Below, in pieces: positions 50,944 through 59,910 of a stretch of 64,000 nucleotides of DNA; positions within the stretch are counted from its first letter, which is position 1; every line of letters begins with the position of its first letter. Source of the stretch: Candidatus Micrarchaeota archaeon (GTDB lineage: Archaea > Micrarchaeota > Micrarchaeia > CABMEP01); the NCBI GenBank assembly GCA_026413625.1, contig JAOAKO010000003.1:2507-66506 (forward strand), in the 5' to 3' direction. The notes under the pieces are model-generated. The model ran no database searches. It saw only the letters and a list, made by a program, of their open reading frames with translations, and had not been told where the DNA came from. The position numbers were made by a program, and so were the translations under genes.

Positions 50944-51816
50944 ATGGAGATACTTATTGCTGAACCCAAGGGTTTTTGTTTTGGCGTAAAAAGATCAATA
51001 GATATGGTTGAAAAGGCGCTTAAAGAAGGAAAGAAAAATATTCAAATATTTGGGCCGATTGTCCATAACCCTCAGCAGATAAAGCTTCTTGAGGAAAAAG
51101 GAGTAAAAATGGTTAATTCAATTGATGAGATTCAGCCCGGAACTGTATTCGTAAGGGCGCACGGCGTATCCCCAGAAGTCTTTAGGAAGCTTAAAGAGAA
51201 GGGAGTGGTAGATATAATAGACGCAACGTGCCCATTTGTAAAGGTTGAGCAAGAATATGCAAAGAAGCTTGCAGAAGAAGGCTACCAGGTAATAATCATT
51301 GGAGAGAAAAACCATCCAGAAGCGTTAGGAGCACAGGGATATGCACCAGGTTCAATAATAATCGGAAGTGTGGAGGAAGCAAGGGCACTGAAAGAAGTCC
51401 CTAAAATCGGCGCGGTAGTTCAGACAACTCTAGAGCCAGAGGCAGTTGATGATATAGTGGCGGAACTTTATCACAAGGCAAAGGAGGTAAGGGTGTTCAA
51501 TACAATCTGCCAATCAACAAAAATGAGGCAGCCTGCAGCGAAGAAAGTAGCAGAGCAGGTTGATCTTATGATAGTTGTAGGGGGCAAGAACAGCGGAAAT
51601 ACGAGAAGGCTTGCAGAGGTGTGCAGCAGAATAAAGCCAACATATCATATAGAAACAGCTGCAGAACTAAAGAAAGAGTGGTTTGAAGGAATGAAAAAGG
51701 TAGGGATAAGCGCAGGGGCTTCAACACCTGAATTCATAATAGACGAAGTAATAGAGGCCATTAAGAAAATGGATGGGAGCTCAAAGAAAACAAGCAAAAA
51801 GAAAAGTGAAAAATAA
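50944..51816 (+). CDS. ispH: 4-hydroxy-3-methylbut-2-enyl diphosphate reductase IspH
   Basis: GFCFGV, IVHN, RAHG, DATCPFV, HPE, QTT, NTIC.ST..RQ, VGGKNSGNT, AGASTP. Confidence 0.97.
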   Translation: MEILIAEPKGFCFGVKRSIDMVEKALKEGKKNIQIFGPIVHNPQQIKLLEEKGVKMVNSIDEIQPGTVFVRAHGVSPEVFRKLKEKGVVDIIDATCPFVKVEQEYAKKLAEEGYQVIIIGEKNHPEALGAQGYAPGSIIIGSVEEARALKEVPKIGAVVQTTLEPEAVDDIVAELYHKAKEVRVFNTICQSTKMRQPAAKKVAEQVDLMIVVGGKNSGNTRRLAEVCSRIKPTYHIETAAELKKEWFEGMKKVGISAGASTPEFIIDEVIEAIKKMDGSSKKTSKKKSEK

Positions 51817-51851
51817 AAAGTAAATCGTTTATAGCATTGTTTCAGTATGGG

Positions 51852-51998
51852 TCATTTAGAAAGGAATTTTGCATGCACCTTTGACCATTTTTTATTGGGA
51901 GTTTTCTTTAGCCATTCAACATATTTTCTAATAAATTCAAAGTGCTCTTTTCGATTTTCATCTTTATTCATCTTAAATTTTTTTTCATTTACTGCCAT
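51852..51998 (-). CDS. 48-aa protein coupled to nucleotidyltransferase (not in ORF track)
   Basis: Manual translation MAVNEKKFKMNKDENRKEHFEFIRKYVEWLKKTPNKKWSKVHAKFLSK; its start overlaps the upstream gene by 14 bp. Confidence 0.65.
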   Translation of the reverse strand: MAVNEKKFKMNKDENRKEHFEFIRKYVEWLKKTPNKKWSKVHAKFLSK

Positions 51999-52602
51999 AA
52001 CTCTCATCTAGTTCTTTGATTATATTTTCCTTTATCTTAAAATATGCAATCCAATTTTTAAAAGTTTCTTCATCAATCTTTTCTTTAAATAACTCATAGA
52101 GAAATATCGCATCTCCAACATCCTTCTCAGATTCTAATTTCAGTTTATAAACAATCTGAAGTTCGATTGGAGATATAAACAATCTCTTATTTTTTATTCT
52201 GAGTTCTACACTGTTATTTAATGAAATTACATCTTCATCCATCTTTGGAAACTTAAACTCAAAATTTGGAATGACCTCCCCTTTCCTGCTGAATCTCACT
52301 GCTGTTTTATTTTTAAGATATTCATAGTATGCAGTTTTAGGTTCATTTGTATTCAGACATTCATATTTCTTTTTAAGTCTATTCCATAGTCTTTCAAACT
52401 TTTCATAAGGTATCTTCTCTACAATAATATCAACATCTTCTGTATTTCTGCTTCTTCCAAACACAATCGCCACATAACCAGATACAATAACATATCTTAT
52501 TTTTTCATCGTCTAGAATTCGACAGAAGTCAAAAACGAACTTATCTAATGGTGAAAGAATTTTATTCATTTCAATTGTTTTTTTGCTAAATTTCATTTCC
52601 AT
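51985..52602 (-). CDS. Pol-beta-superfamily nucleotidyltransferase-like protein
   Basis: YVIVSGYVA..FG..R.TEDVDII signature; C-terminal YKL.....KD..D. Confidence 0.8.
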   Translation of the reverse strand: MEMKFSKKTIEMNKILSPLDKFVFDFCRILDDEKIRYVIVSGYVAIVFGRSRNTEDVDIIVEKIPYEKFERLWNRLKKKYECLNTNEPKTAYYEYLKNKTAVRFSRKGEVIPNFEFKFPKMDEDVISLNNSVELRIKNKRLFISPIELQIVYKLKLESEKDVGDAIFLYELFKEKIDEETFKNWIAYFKIKENIIKELDESYGSK

Positions 52603-52699
52603 TTCATCGCCGACGATTTCTATCTGACATTTGGGTTTTATTTTACCTTACTATATTAATTTTAGTGACTAAACTAAGTTTCCATTTTATTATTTATGC

Positions 52700-53656
52700 T
52701 TAATCTTTAATTCCCTCTGGGGTTACCTTAAAGACGCATTCTCCTTCCGGCATGTTTGGAGAATCAATCAGTCTCGCTATTCTTTTCTCTTCTTTTCCTC
52801 TTCTTACATAAACACGATAAGTGCTTTGATGCGCAAGCACGTGACCTCCAATTGGAGTTGTTGGGTCGCCGAATAAAATCGCAGGATTGTCCATTACCTG
52901 GTTCGTAATATATACGGCTACATTGTAGGTATCAGCAAGCCTTTGAAGCGCACGTATGTGCCTATTTAATTTCTGCTGTCTTTCCCCAAGTGCCCCCCTA
53001 CCAACATAATCCGATCTAAATTGAGAAGTTAGTGAATCTACAATTATCAGTTTTATATTTTCCTTTTTTATTATCTCATCAGCCTTTTCAATCAATAAAA
53101 TCTGGTGGTCTGAGTTCATAGCTCTTGCAACATGAATATTCTTCAGAACCTGGTCTGGATCCATACCTTGGGCCTCTGCGATTTGTCTTATTCTTTCCGG
53201 CCTGAACGTTGCCTCGGAATCAATGAACAAAACCTTTCCTCCTAGGCCTCCTTGTCCCTCAGGCTTTTGAACGTTAACTGCAAGCTGGAATCCCACTTGA
53301 GTTTTTCCTGAACCGAATTTTCCGAAGAACTCAGTTATTGCCTGTGTTTCTACCCCTCCGCCAAGCAATTCATCAAGCTCTTTTGATCCGGTGCTAATCT
53401 TTGCTATTTGTTTTCTTCTTTCGTAAACCTGATCCCCAGTTTCAAAACCTATTTCAGTTGATTTCTTTGCCGCCTCAATTGCTTTTTTTGCATTGTCAAC
53501 GCTTATATCGCCTATTTCTGCAAGTTCATGGGGTGATGCAGTAGCAATCTTTTCAATAGTATCATATCCCTCGCTTCTAAGCTTTTCAGCGGTAGCAGGG
53601 CCGATGCCAGGAAGATCCTCAAGCTCTCTTACGTACTCTGTTTTTTCTTTTGCCAT
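52700..53656 (-). CDS. radA: DNA repair and recombination protein RadA
   Basis: LPGIGP Hh[48 protein letters not shown]. Confidence 0.98.
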   Translation of the reverse strand: MAKEKTEYVRELEDLPGIGPATAEKLRSEGYDTIEKIATASPHELAEIGDISVDNAKKAIEAAKKSTEIGFETGDQVYERRKQIAKISTGSKELDELLGGGVETQAITEFFGKFGSGKTQVGFQLAVNVQKPEGQGGLGGKVLFIDSEATFRPERIRQIAEAQGMDPDQVLKNIHVARAMNSDHQILLIEKADEIIKKENIKLIIVDSLTSQFRSDYVGRGALGERQQKLNRHIRALQRLADTYNVAVYITNQVMDNPAILFGDPTTPIGGHVLAHQSTYRVYVRRGKEEKRIARLIDSPNMPEGECVFKVTPEGIKD

Positions 53657-53865
53657 ATTCCCACCAACATTATTTAGCTAAAATCATTGCTAATAAATGC
53701 ATTATATTCAGATAATGCATGTATTAACTTACTAAACGTTTGTGTATTAAACTTACATATTTATATATCTCATCTAACCTCATTTCCACTGATTTTAAGA
53801 ATTAAATAAGCAAAATAATAGATCTTAATAAATATAAGCAACATATAAGCAGATACGAGTTTTAA

Positions 53866-54825
53866 TCATTCTGCGAATTCCAGAATTTTATTGAGTGATT
53901 CTTCAGGCGCTTCTATCGTATTTAGGAACAATACATCACATTTCTTCAATAATCTCATATATGCTTCTCTTCTTACCCTCATTTTCCAATCGTTATTTTG
54001 AAGCCAATGAGGATTAAAGAAATCGTTTCTTAACAGGTGTTTCAGCGCCTCTTCAGGCCCCACTTTCTGAGTTATTTCTTTTCCTTTTTCCCTTCTGAGT
54101 ATTACAAATTTTGCTATGTCAGCGGCGTCTGTTATTTTTTCTTTTCCAACTGCTTTCGCAAGATTTATAATCGCTCTTCCTTTATTATCAACTTTAGCAT
54201 ATTTCATTACATCTTTGTATTCTTTCCAACTCTGACTCAAATCCGTTCTGATATACGTATTTTTTTCGCTTCTATATCCGGTAACAGTGCTGTTTATAAA
54301 TTTAAAGTAAAACCAGTCATCAGCAACGATCTTTGTATTGCTCTTTGTAAGGAGTCCGTAGCTTAAAGTTGTCTTGCCCGCTCCTGAAGGGCCGATTATG
54401 CAGGTGCCGTTTCCATTTACATTAAGCAGGGCTGCATGCGCAGAAAAGATATTATGGTTATCTTCCAATACGTCACCCATCAAAGCAAGCGCAACCGATT
54501 TTAGCCATCCGTAGTAATTGTTGTTTTTGAAAAACGCAGTTCTGGATTGCGGGTCATATAAAACAGTTGGATCACCTTTCGCATCCGAACCGGATTCTAT
54601 TGAAAACAATTTGGCATGCGATCTTATGTTCTCGTCAATAAAAAACCAGTTTTCATCCCACTGGTCTTCCCATTCTTCACTGTCGGAATATAAATGTAAG
54701 CATCCGCCACTGATATTCGCCTTTCTTTCAAAAATTATAGATTGCAGGTATTTTTGATAAATCCTTTCCTTTTCCACAATAGATATGAGTTTTTTCTTAT
54801 ATTTTGTTTTGCTCTTAATTTGCAT
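53866..54825 (-). CDS. HPr-kinase/PEPCK-like P-loop protein
   Basis: HAALLNVNG.G..IIGPSGAGKTTL...IVADDW; start taken at ATG 54825. Confidence 0.75.
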   Translation of the reverse strand: MQIKSKTKYKKKLISIVEKERIYQKYLQSIIFERKANISGGCLHLYSDSEEWEDQWDENWFFIDENIRSHAKLFSIESGSDAKGDPTVLYDPQSRTAFFKNNNYYGWLKSVALALMGDVLEDNHNIFSAHAALLNVNGNGTCIIGPSGAGKTTLSYGLLTKSNTKIVADDWFYFKFINSTVTGYRSEKNTYIRTDLSQSWKEYKDVMKYAKVDNKGRAIINLAKAVGKEKITDAADIAKFVILRREKGKEITQKVGPEEALKHLLRNDFFNPHWLQNNDWKMRVRREAYMRLLKKCDVLFLNTIEAPEESLNKILEFAE

Positions 54826-54944
54826 AATTATGGTTGGAAAGCAATATTTATAATATTTACACGTGTATATAAAGATATCAAGCATGCTAGCAAATCTAGT
54901 TAGTCTGGCATGTACTAATAAGCATTAAAATAAGGTGAGATAAT

Positions 54945-55301
54945 ATGAAGAAATTAGGAGTGTTAATGGCTTTATTCCTTTTAGGAAGCTTGATTTTTGC
55001 AGAAACAGGATCAGCATCGGAAGCAGGTACGAATATTAAAAAAGTTCTTAGCGCAATATGTAATTTGTCTGCCGGTTTATTGGGTCCAATCGCATTTGTT
55101 TTATTTGCGCTTGCAGGAGTTGTTTATGCAGGCAGCCAATTCTTTGGTGCTGAGGCAAGGGCAACTGGCTCAAAATGGGCAATGACAATGATTACTGGAG
55201 CAATAGTGGCGTTCTTGCTTTGGATAATTGGGCCGATGATAATATCTGAATTAGGCGGCGGTACGTATCGTATCGGGACAAGCGCTTGCACTGGTTTCTA
55301 A
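54945..55301 (+). CDS. VirB2/TrbC-like pilin 1
   Basis: Signal peptide and two hydrophobic helices around YAGSQFFGAEARA...W. Confidence 0.72.
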   Translation: MKKLGVLMALFLLGSLIFAETGSASEAGTNIKKVLSAICNLSAGLLGPIAFVLFALAGVVYAGSQFFGAEARATGSKWAMTMITGAIVAFLLWIIGPMIISELGGGTYRIGTSACTGF

Positions 55302-55343
55302 TATGAATGGATTTTCCATTCTTTTTCTTTTTAGTTGATTTTT

Positions 55344-55748
55344 ATGGTGCGCGCAAGGACTAGAATCAGACAGCAATCACGGAAAAATACAAGCAGTGGT
55401 TCTTTGCTAGTCTTTGCTCTTGCTTTTCTTTTAACAATTTCATTATCATTTTCGCAAACATCAGGTTCTACCCAGGCATCTGAGAAGCTAAAGACAACCC
55501 TTTGCAGTCTTTATAAGGATCTGAATTCAGTGATTCCTACAGTTGCGTTCGTACTATTTGTATTGGCAGGAGTATCATACGCAGGAGGCCAGTTTTTTGG
55601 AGCGGAAACGAGGGCAAAAGCAATTTCTTGGTCTATGTCCATGGTTACCGGTGCAGTAGTTGGATTATTGATAGTGCAGGTTGCTTCTGTTCTTATTTCG
55701 AATCTTGCAGGCTACAAGTTAAGCGAAGTCTGTCGAGAGATAAAGTAG
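55344..55748 (+). CDS. VirB2/TrbC-like pilin 2
   Basis: Paralog with FVLFVLAGVSYAGGQFFGAETRAKA..W. Confidence 0.72.
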   Translation: MVRARTRIRQQSRKNTSSGSLLVFALAFLLTISLSFSQTSGSTQASEKLKTTLCSLYKDLNSVIPTVAFVLFVLAGVSYAGGQFFGAETRAKAISWSMSMVTGAVVGLLIVQVASVLISNLAGYKLSEVCREIK

Positions 55749-55830
55749 AGTTTTCAATTCAATCTATTACTTTTTAAATCTTTTTAACAAATTGAATGTA
55801 TTCTATATAGATTATACAATAGGTGAAGAG

Positions 55831-56181
55831 ATGAGAAAATTAACAATATTATTCGTTATTTCAGCCATGTCATTAGTATTTGCACAAACTACTGAGGTAA
55901 CACAAAGATTGATAGTTGGTTTGAACAATATTTGCGTTCAGTTAACACAGATTCTTCCGATCATTGCAATAGTGCTATTTGTACTTGCAGCAGTGGTCTA
56001 CGGAATCGGCCATGTATTTGGAGCAGAAATGAAATCAAAGGCAACAGGATGGGCCACGTCTATGGTAGTTGGAGCAGTAATCTCCCTTTTGATCTTTCTT
56101 TTAGCAAGGCCAATTTTAGGGGTTTTCGTTCCAGAAATCTCAACTTCTGATTTCTGCACTGAAAGATTCTATCCATACTGA
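55831..56181 (+). CDS. VirB2/TrbC-like pilin 3
   Basis: Paralog with IVLFVLAAVVYGIGHVFGAEMKSKA..W; GGTGA SD before ATG 55831. Confidence 0.72.
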   Translation: MRKLTILFVISAMSLVFAQTTEVTQRLIVGLNNICVQLTQILPIIAIVLFVLAAVVYGIGHVFGAEMKSKATGWATSMVVGAVISLLIFLLARPILGVFVPEISTSDFCTERFYPY

Positions 56182-56263
56182 TTTTTTCTTTTTATTAATA
56201 ACTTCTTTCTTTTCTTCTATGCAATAACATAGTATTTAAAAACTTTTTAAAGAAATAAGTATC

Positions 56264-57085
56264 ATGGCACTCGGATTTACTACTAGACAAATGGCATACG
56301 CAGCTATAGGCGTTTCAATATTGGTTTTCCTAGTAATGGCAACGCTTCCAGGGGGAAGTACGCTTCAATTTGTTTTGGCAGGTTTGTCTCTTTTTACAGC
56401 AGTTCTCTCATTTTTGATTTGGAAGTATGGATATTGGGCAATACCATACATCACGAAACGTCTGAATATCATTGAAGTTCATGACGGACAATGGGAAACC
56501 ACTCCCGCACAGGATGCGATAGTTAAAAAGATAGGAGACGAGTATTACGCATCTGTATTTTTGCACATAAAGATGTACAAGTCAACTACAGAAAGGTCTC
56601 AAGAAGAAAACATGGTTTTCATAGACGCATTTGAAAGGGCAATAGCAAATATCAAATATCCAGTTAAGGTTTCAACTCTTCTATATGCAAAGGATATAGC
56701 CAAATACAGGGAGGATGTCGAAACAAAGAAATACGAGGCCCAGTTAAAGCTCCAAAGGGAGAGAGAGAAATCAGAGCCTGATGTATTGGCATTGGATAGA
56801 TTGGAAAAAGAAGTGGCCATGTATGAGGCTGAATTAAACAGAATAATGTCTGGAGAAAGGCCTATGGGACTAATTTCATATGCAATGACAACCGGAGTGG
56901 GCGTTACAAAGGATGCAGCCGTAGCGGTTGCAAAGAACCAGGCGGCAGAAATAAAGACTCTCATAGCAAACGCGCTTAATGTTGAAGTCTCATATCTATA
57001 CGGAGAAGATATGATGAAGTGCTATGATCTTGAACACATGGTGCCCCCAACAGTTAAGGCATTAAAGGAATTTGTGGAAGCATGA
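56264..57085 (+). CDS. Two-TM protein with coiled coil, probable VirB3/VirB4-N-terminal-like component
   Basis: Two N-terminal TMs, alpha/beta region, coiled coil, C-terminal L.VEV..L.G.D; directly upstream of the ATPase. Confidence 0.55.
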   Translation: MALGFTTRQMAYAAIGVSILVFLVMATLPGGSTLQFVLAGLSLFTAVLSFLIWKYGYWAIPYITKRLNIIEVHDGQWETTPAQDAIVKKIGDEYYASVFLHIKMYKSTTERSQEENMVFIDAFERAIANIKYPVKVSTLLYAKDIAKYREDVETKKYEAQLKLQREREKSEPDVLALDRLEKEVAMYEAELNRIMSGERPMGLISYAMTTGVGVTKDAAVAVAKNQAAEIKTLIANALNVEVSYLYGEDMMKCYDLEHMVPPTVKALKEFVEA

Positions 57086-57100
57086 AGGCACATTTAGATA

Positions 57101-58693
57101 ATGTCCTTATCGGGTGAATTGATGGGAGATTTGAAGATACACGATGTCCAAAATACAGACATAGGAAGAAGAGCGATTATCGTGAGCCCCCCCGAACCTC
57201 CCGCAGAATATCTAATGGGAGACCCAAAAGATTCTATTTATTTGGGCAGAACGACAGTTTTTAACGTTCCGTTTTATTGGAACTTTAGACGGCTTACAAA
57301 TCCTCACATAGCAATTACAGGTATAACTGGTTCTGGTAAATCTTACCTAATTAAAACCTTTCTTCTTAGGGCCGCATTGGTATGGAATGCTAATGCGATT
57401 ATTATCGACTGGGCAGGAGAGTATAAGGCGTGGGTTAAGCAAGTAAACGGAATTGTTGTTGCATTGGGAAGAGGATCTTTTCTAAATCTTCTTGATTTAG
57501 GCGGGATGAAGCCATCCGATAGGATAAAACAGGTCATAAGGTCTCTTGAAATACTCACAGATATAGGCCAGTATCCAGAACAGAGAAGGCTAATAGAGGA
57601 AGCAATTGAAAAGGCTTATCTTAATGCAGGATTCAAGCTCTCCGAAAAGGATCAAAAAGACGCGTTAGGAAACCCACTAAGACCACCAACTCTTAAGGAT
57701 GTCCAGAAGAATCTCCAAGAGATGCTTGAGGCAGGAACATATGAGTTTCCAGCCGAGCTTCAGAATGCAATTTATAAAATAAAGAAATTTACACTAGAAG
57801 GTGACGATTATTTTGCAGAACAGTCGACTATAGATTTAGACAAACTCCTCACTTCAGGTCTGGTTGCAATTGATCTTTCCGGATTGCCGGATGAAACCTT
57901 CCGCGCATTGGCTGCCCTCACAATTTTGCAGTTCATTAAGGAAAAGATGAGAATGGAAGGGTGGAAGCCTGAAAAAGGGATAAAACTTCTGGTCGTTTTG
58001 GATGAAGCTTGGAAGATTTCAAAGGATGAAAACAGCGATGCGGTTATGATCGTAAGAGAGGGAAGAAAGTACCAATTTGCATTGATTGTCGCATCTCAAA
58101 CTCCAACAGATATAAGCGAGGTTATTTTTAGCAATGTTGGAACAGTGATAATGCTTAGACTAAAATTTGAAAAGTATCTTGACTACTTGCAAAATTCATT
58201 AAGATTCAGTAATTACATACGCCAGCAAATACTTGGCTTTGGGGTTGGCCAGGCAGCGATATCAATGGCATACGAGCAAACAACTCCATTTAGCGAGACC
58301 TTTATCTTAAAAAGAATTGACGGTGAAGAACCGATAGTGGATTACTTTATCGATATTTTATCCGTGCTAACAGAAGCACAGAGAAGGGATGAGACCATGC
58401 CGAAGAGTTTTTCAATGGAGAGAACAGCTTTCAAGAAGAGATTAAGAGAGATGGGGCTTAATGATCAAAGGGTTGAAGAACTGTCAACATTAATAGAGAA
58501 GAAAGCAAAGCACATCGACGCAATCGAATTTGTAATAGAATTAGAAAGGAGCGGTGTGAGCAGGAAAACGATAACGATGTTTTTCAGAGAACTTGGAATT
58601 GACGACAGCACAATTATCAATATCTTTACCAGAGCAGATCAGAAAAAGACAGGCGCAGGAGAAAGAGAGCTAACGCAAGTTACACTTGAATAG
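57101..58693 (+). CDS. VirB4/HerA-family (DUF87) ATPase
   Basis: IYLG, NPHIAITGITGSGKS, IIDWAGEY, PTL.D, VVLDEAW, REGRKY..LIVASQ. Confidence 0.9.
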   Translation: MSLSGELMGDLKIHDVQNTDIGRRAIIVSPPEPPAEYLMGDPKDSIYLGRTTVFNVPFYWNFRRLTNPHIAITGITGSGKSYLIKTFLLRAALVWNANAIIIDWAGEYKAWVKQVNGIVVALGRGSFLNLLDLGGMKPSDRIKQVIRSLEILTDIGQYPEQRRLIEEAIEKAYLNAGFKLSEKDQKDALGNPLRPPTLKDVQKNLQEMLEAGTYEFPAELQNAIYKIKKFTLEGDDYFAEQSTIDLDKLLTSGLVAIDLSGLPDETFRALAALTILQFIKEKMRMEGWKPEKGIKLLVVLDEAWKISKDENSDAVMIVREGRKYQFALIVASQTPTDISEVIFSNVGTVIMLRLKFEKYLDYLQNSLRFSNYIRQQILGFGVGQAAISMAYEQTTPFSETFILKRIDGEEPIVDYFIDILSVLTEAQRRDETMPKSFSMERTAFKKRLREMGLNDQRVEELSTLIEKKAKHIDAIEFVIELERSGVSRKTITMFFRELGIDDSTIINIFTRADQKKTGAGERELTQVTLE

Positions 58694-58724
58694 AATTCTA
58701 AATTATTGCATATCGGGTGATTTT

Positions 58725-59144
58725 GTGGCAAAAATTTGTGTGATTGGAAAAGAAGAGATCAAAGGATCAAATTACAAACCGATTAGAGATGATGTTGTAA
58801 TCTCATCAATAAGGAAGATAAAACGATTCTTTAAGGTCGCTGCTGAAAATGAGCTTGTAGTTTGCGATAAACATTTAGAGGAAGCAGTGAAAAGGAGAAA
58901 AGAATTCGAATCCTCAATAGTAAAGATAGTAGCGGTAACCGCAGTAATCGCAGTAATTGCAATAATTCTTGCTTTGTTAAACAACTCGCTTAATTTTATA
59001 CCTGCAACAATTTCAATGGTAATATTATTGTTCATTCTCTTACTTTTTGTATCGCTTTTTAGATATTTTCCTTCAGTAGATCATAACGTAGAACAGAAAA
59101 AAGTCATTACTTCAAAACGAAGACAGATTACTAAGAGGAGATAA
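58725..59144 (+). CDS. Two-TM membrane protein with possible N-terminal metal site
   Basis: GGTGA SD before GTG 58725; KIC.IG...VCDKH, then two TM helices. Confidence 0.7.
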   Translation: MAKICVIGKEEIKGSNYKPIRDDVVISSIRKIKRFFKVAAENELVVCDKHLEEAVKRRKEFESSIVKIVAVTAVIAVIAIILALLNNSLNFIPATISMVILLFILLLFVSLFRYFPSVDHNVEQKKVITSKRRQITKRR

Positions 59145-59145
59145 A

Positions 59146-59889
59146 ATGGCATCGTTAGACAATAAAGATCAAGTATCTTCTAAGGAACCTTTTGTAGAAG
59201 GGTTTAAAATAGATGCAAAAATGCTTAAAGGATCACAAGAAGTTATAGATGCGCTTTCTCCACTTCAGTTTTTAGATCTCGTAGAAACTAAAAGCGGAAT
59301 AGTTGCAATAAATATTGAGAGAAGAGACATTCAGAAGAACCCGTACCTCTTTTCTATAATATATCTCAATCCAGACAGCATAGAGATAATTTACAGTTAT
59401 AATCCGGATGAAAGTCCTAAGAAAAGAAGACTGGAAATACTGAGATATTTTCTTAACATTTTAACGCTGCTTGAAAATGTATATTTCATAAATCATAAAC
59501 AGCTTTATCAGATTGTTGATAATTTCATGTCAAGGCTTTTGGAATATACATCCTCAACTTATGAAGAGTTATTCTCAAAATACGACTCTGTCAGAGAAGA
59601 ATGCGAAAGAATAAAGAAGCAGCTTTCAGAGACAATAGCAGCAAACGAAAACCTCAGAAAATCAAATATAGAGCTTAAGGAAAAGCAGAACGAGTTGCTT
59701 TTGAGAATAAAAGAGCTTGAATCTGTCTCTGACGAAATTCTTATTTCAAGAATCCAAACTTGGCTTGATGAGCATAATTATGAAATAAATATCTCTGACT
59801 TTGCTAGGATAAATAAAGTTAGCGAGCAGAGGGTCGAAGAAATACTTAATAAAATGGTAAGAGAAGGGTACCTAGCTCAAAGAGAATGA
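59146..59889 (+). CDS. Coiled-coil protein with C-terminal winged helix
   Basis: Heptad region at about aa 135-195; INISDFARINKVSEQRVEEILNKMVREGYL. Confidence 0.75.
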   Translation: MASLDNKDQVSSKEPFVEGFKIDAKMLKGSQEVIDALSPLQFLDLVETKSGIVAINIERRDIQKNPYLFSIIYLNPDSIEIIYSYNPDESPKKRRLEILRYFLNILTLLENVYFINHKQLYQIVDNFMSRLLEYTSSTYEELFSKYDSVREECERIKKQLSETIAANENLRKSNIELKEKQNELLLRIKELESVSDEILISRIQTWLDEHNYEINISDFARINKVSEQRVEEILNKMVREGYLAQRE

Positions 59890-59910
59890 AATATATCTAA
59901 GAGGAAGATT

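Noticed and set aside
53783..53796. TTTCCACTGA mini-ORB-like word upstream of radA
   Set aside because: One degenerate copy only; expected by chance
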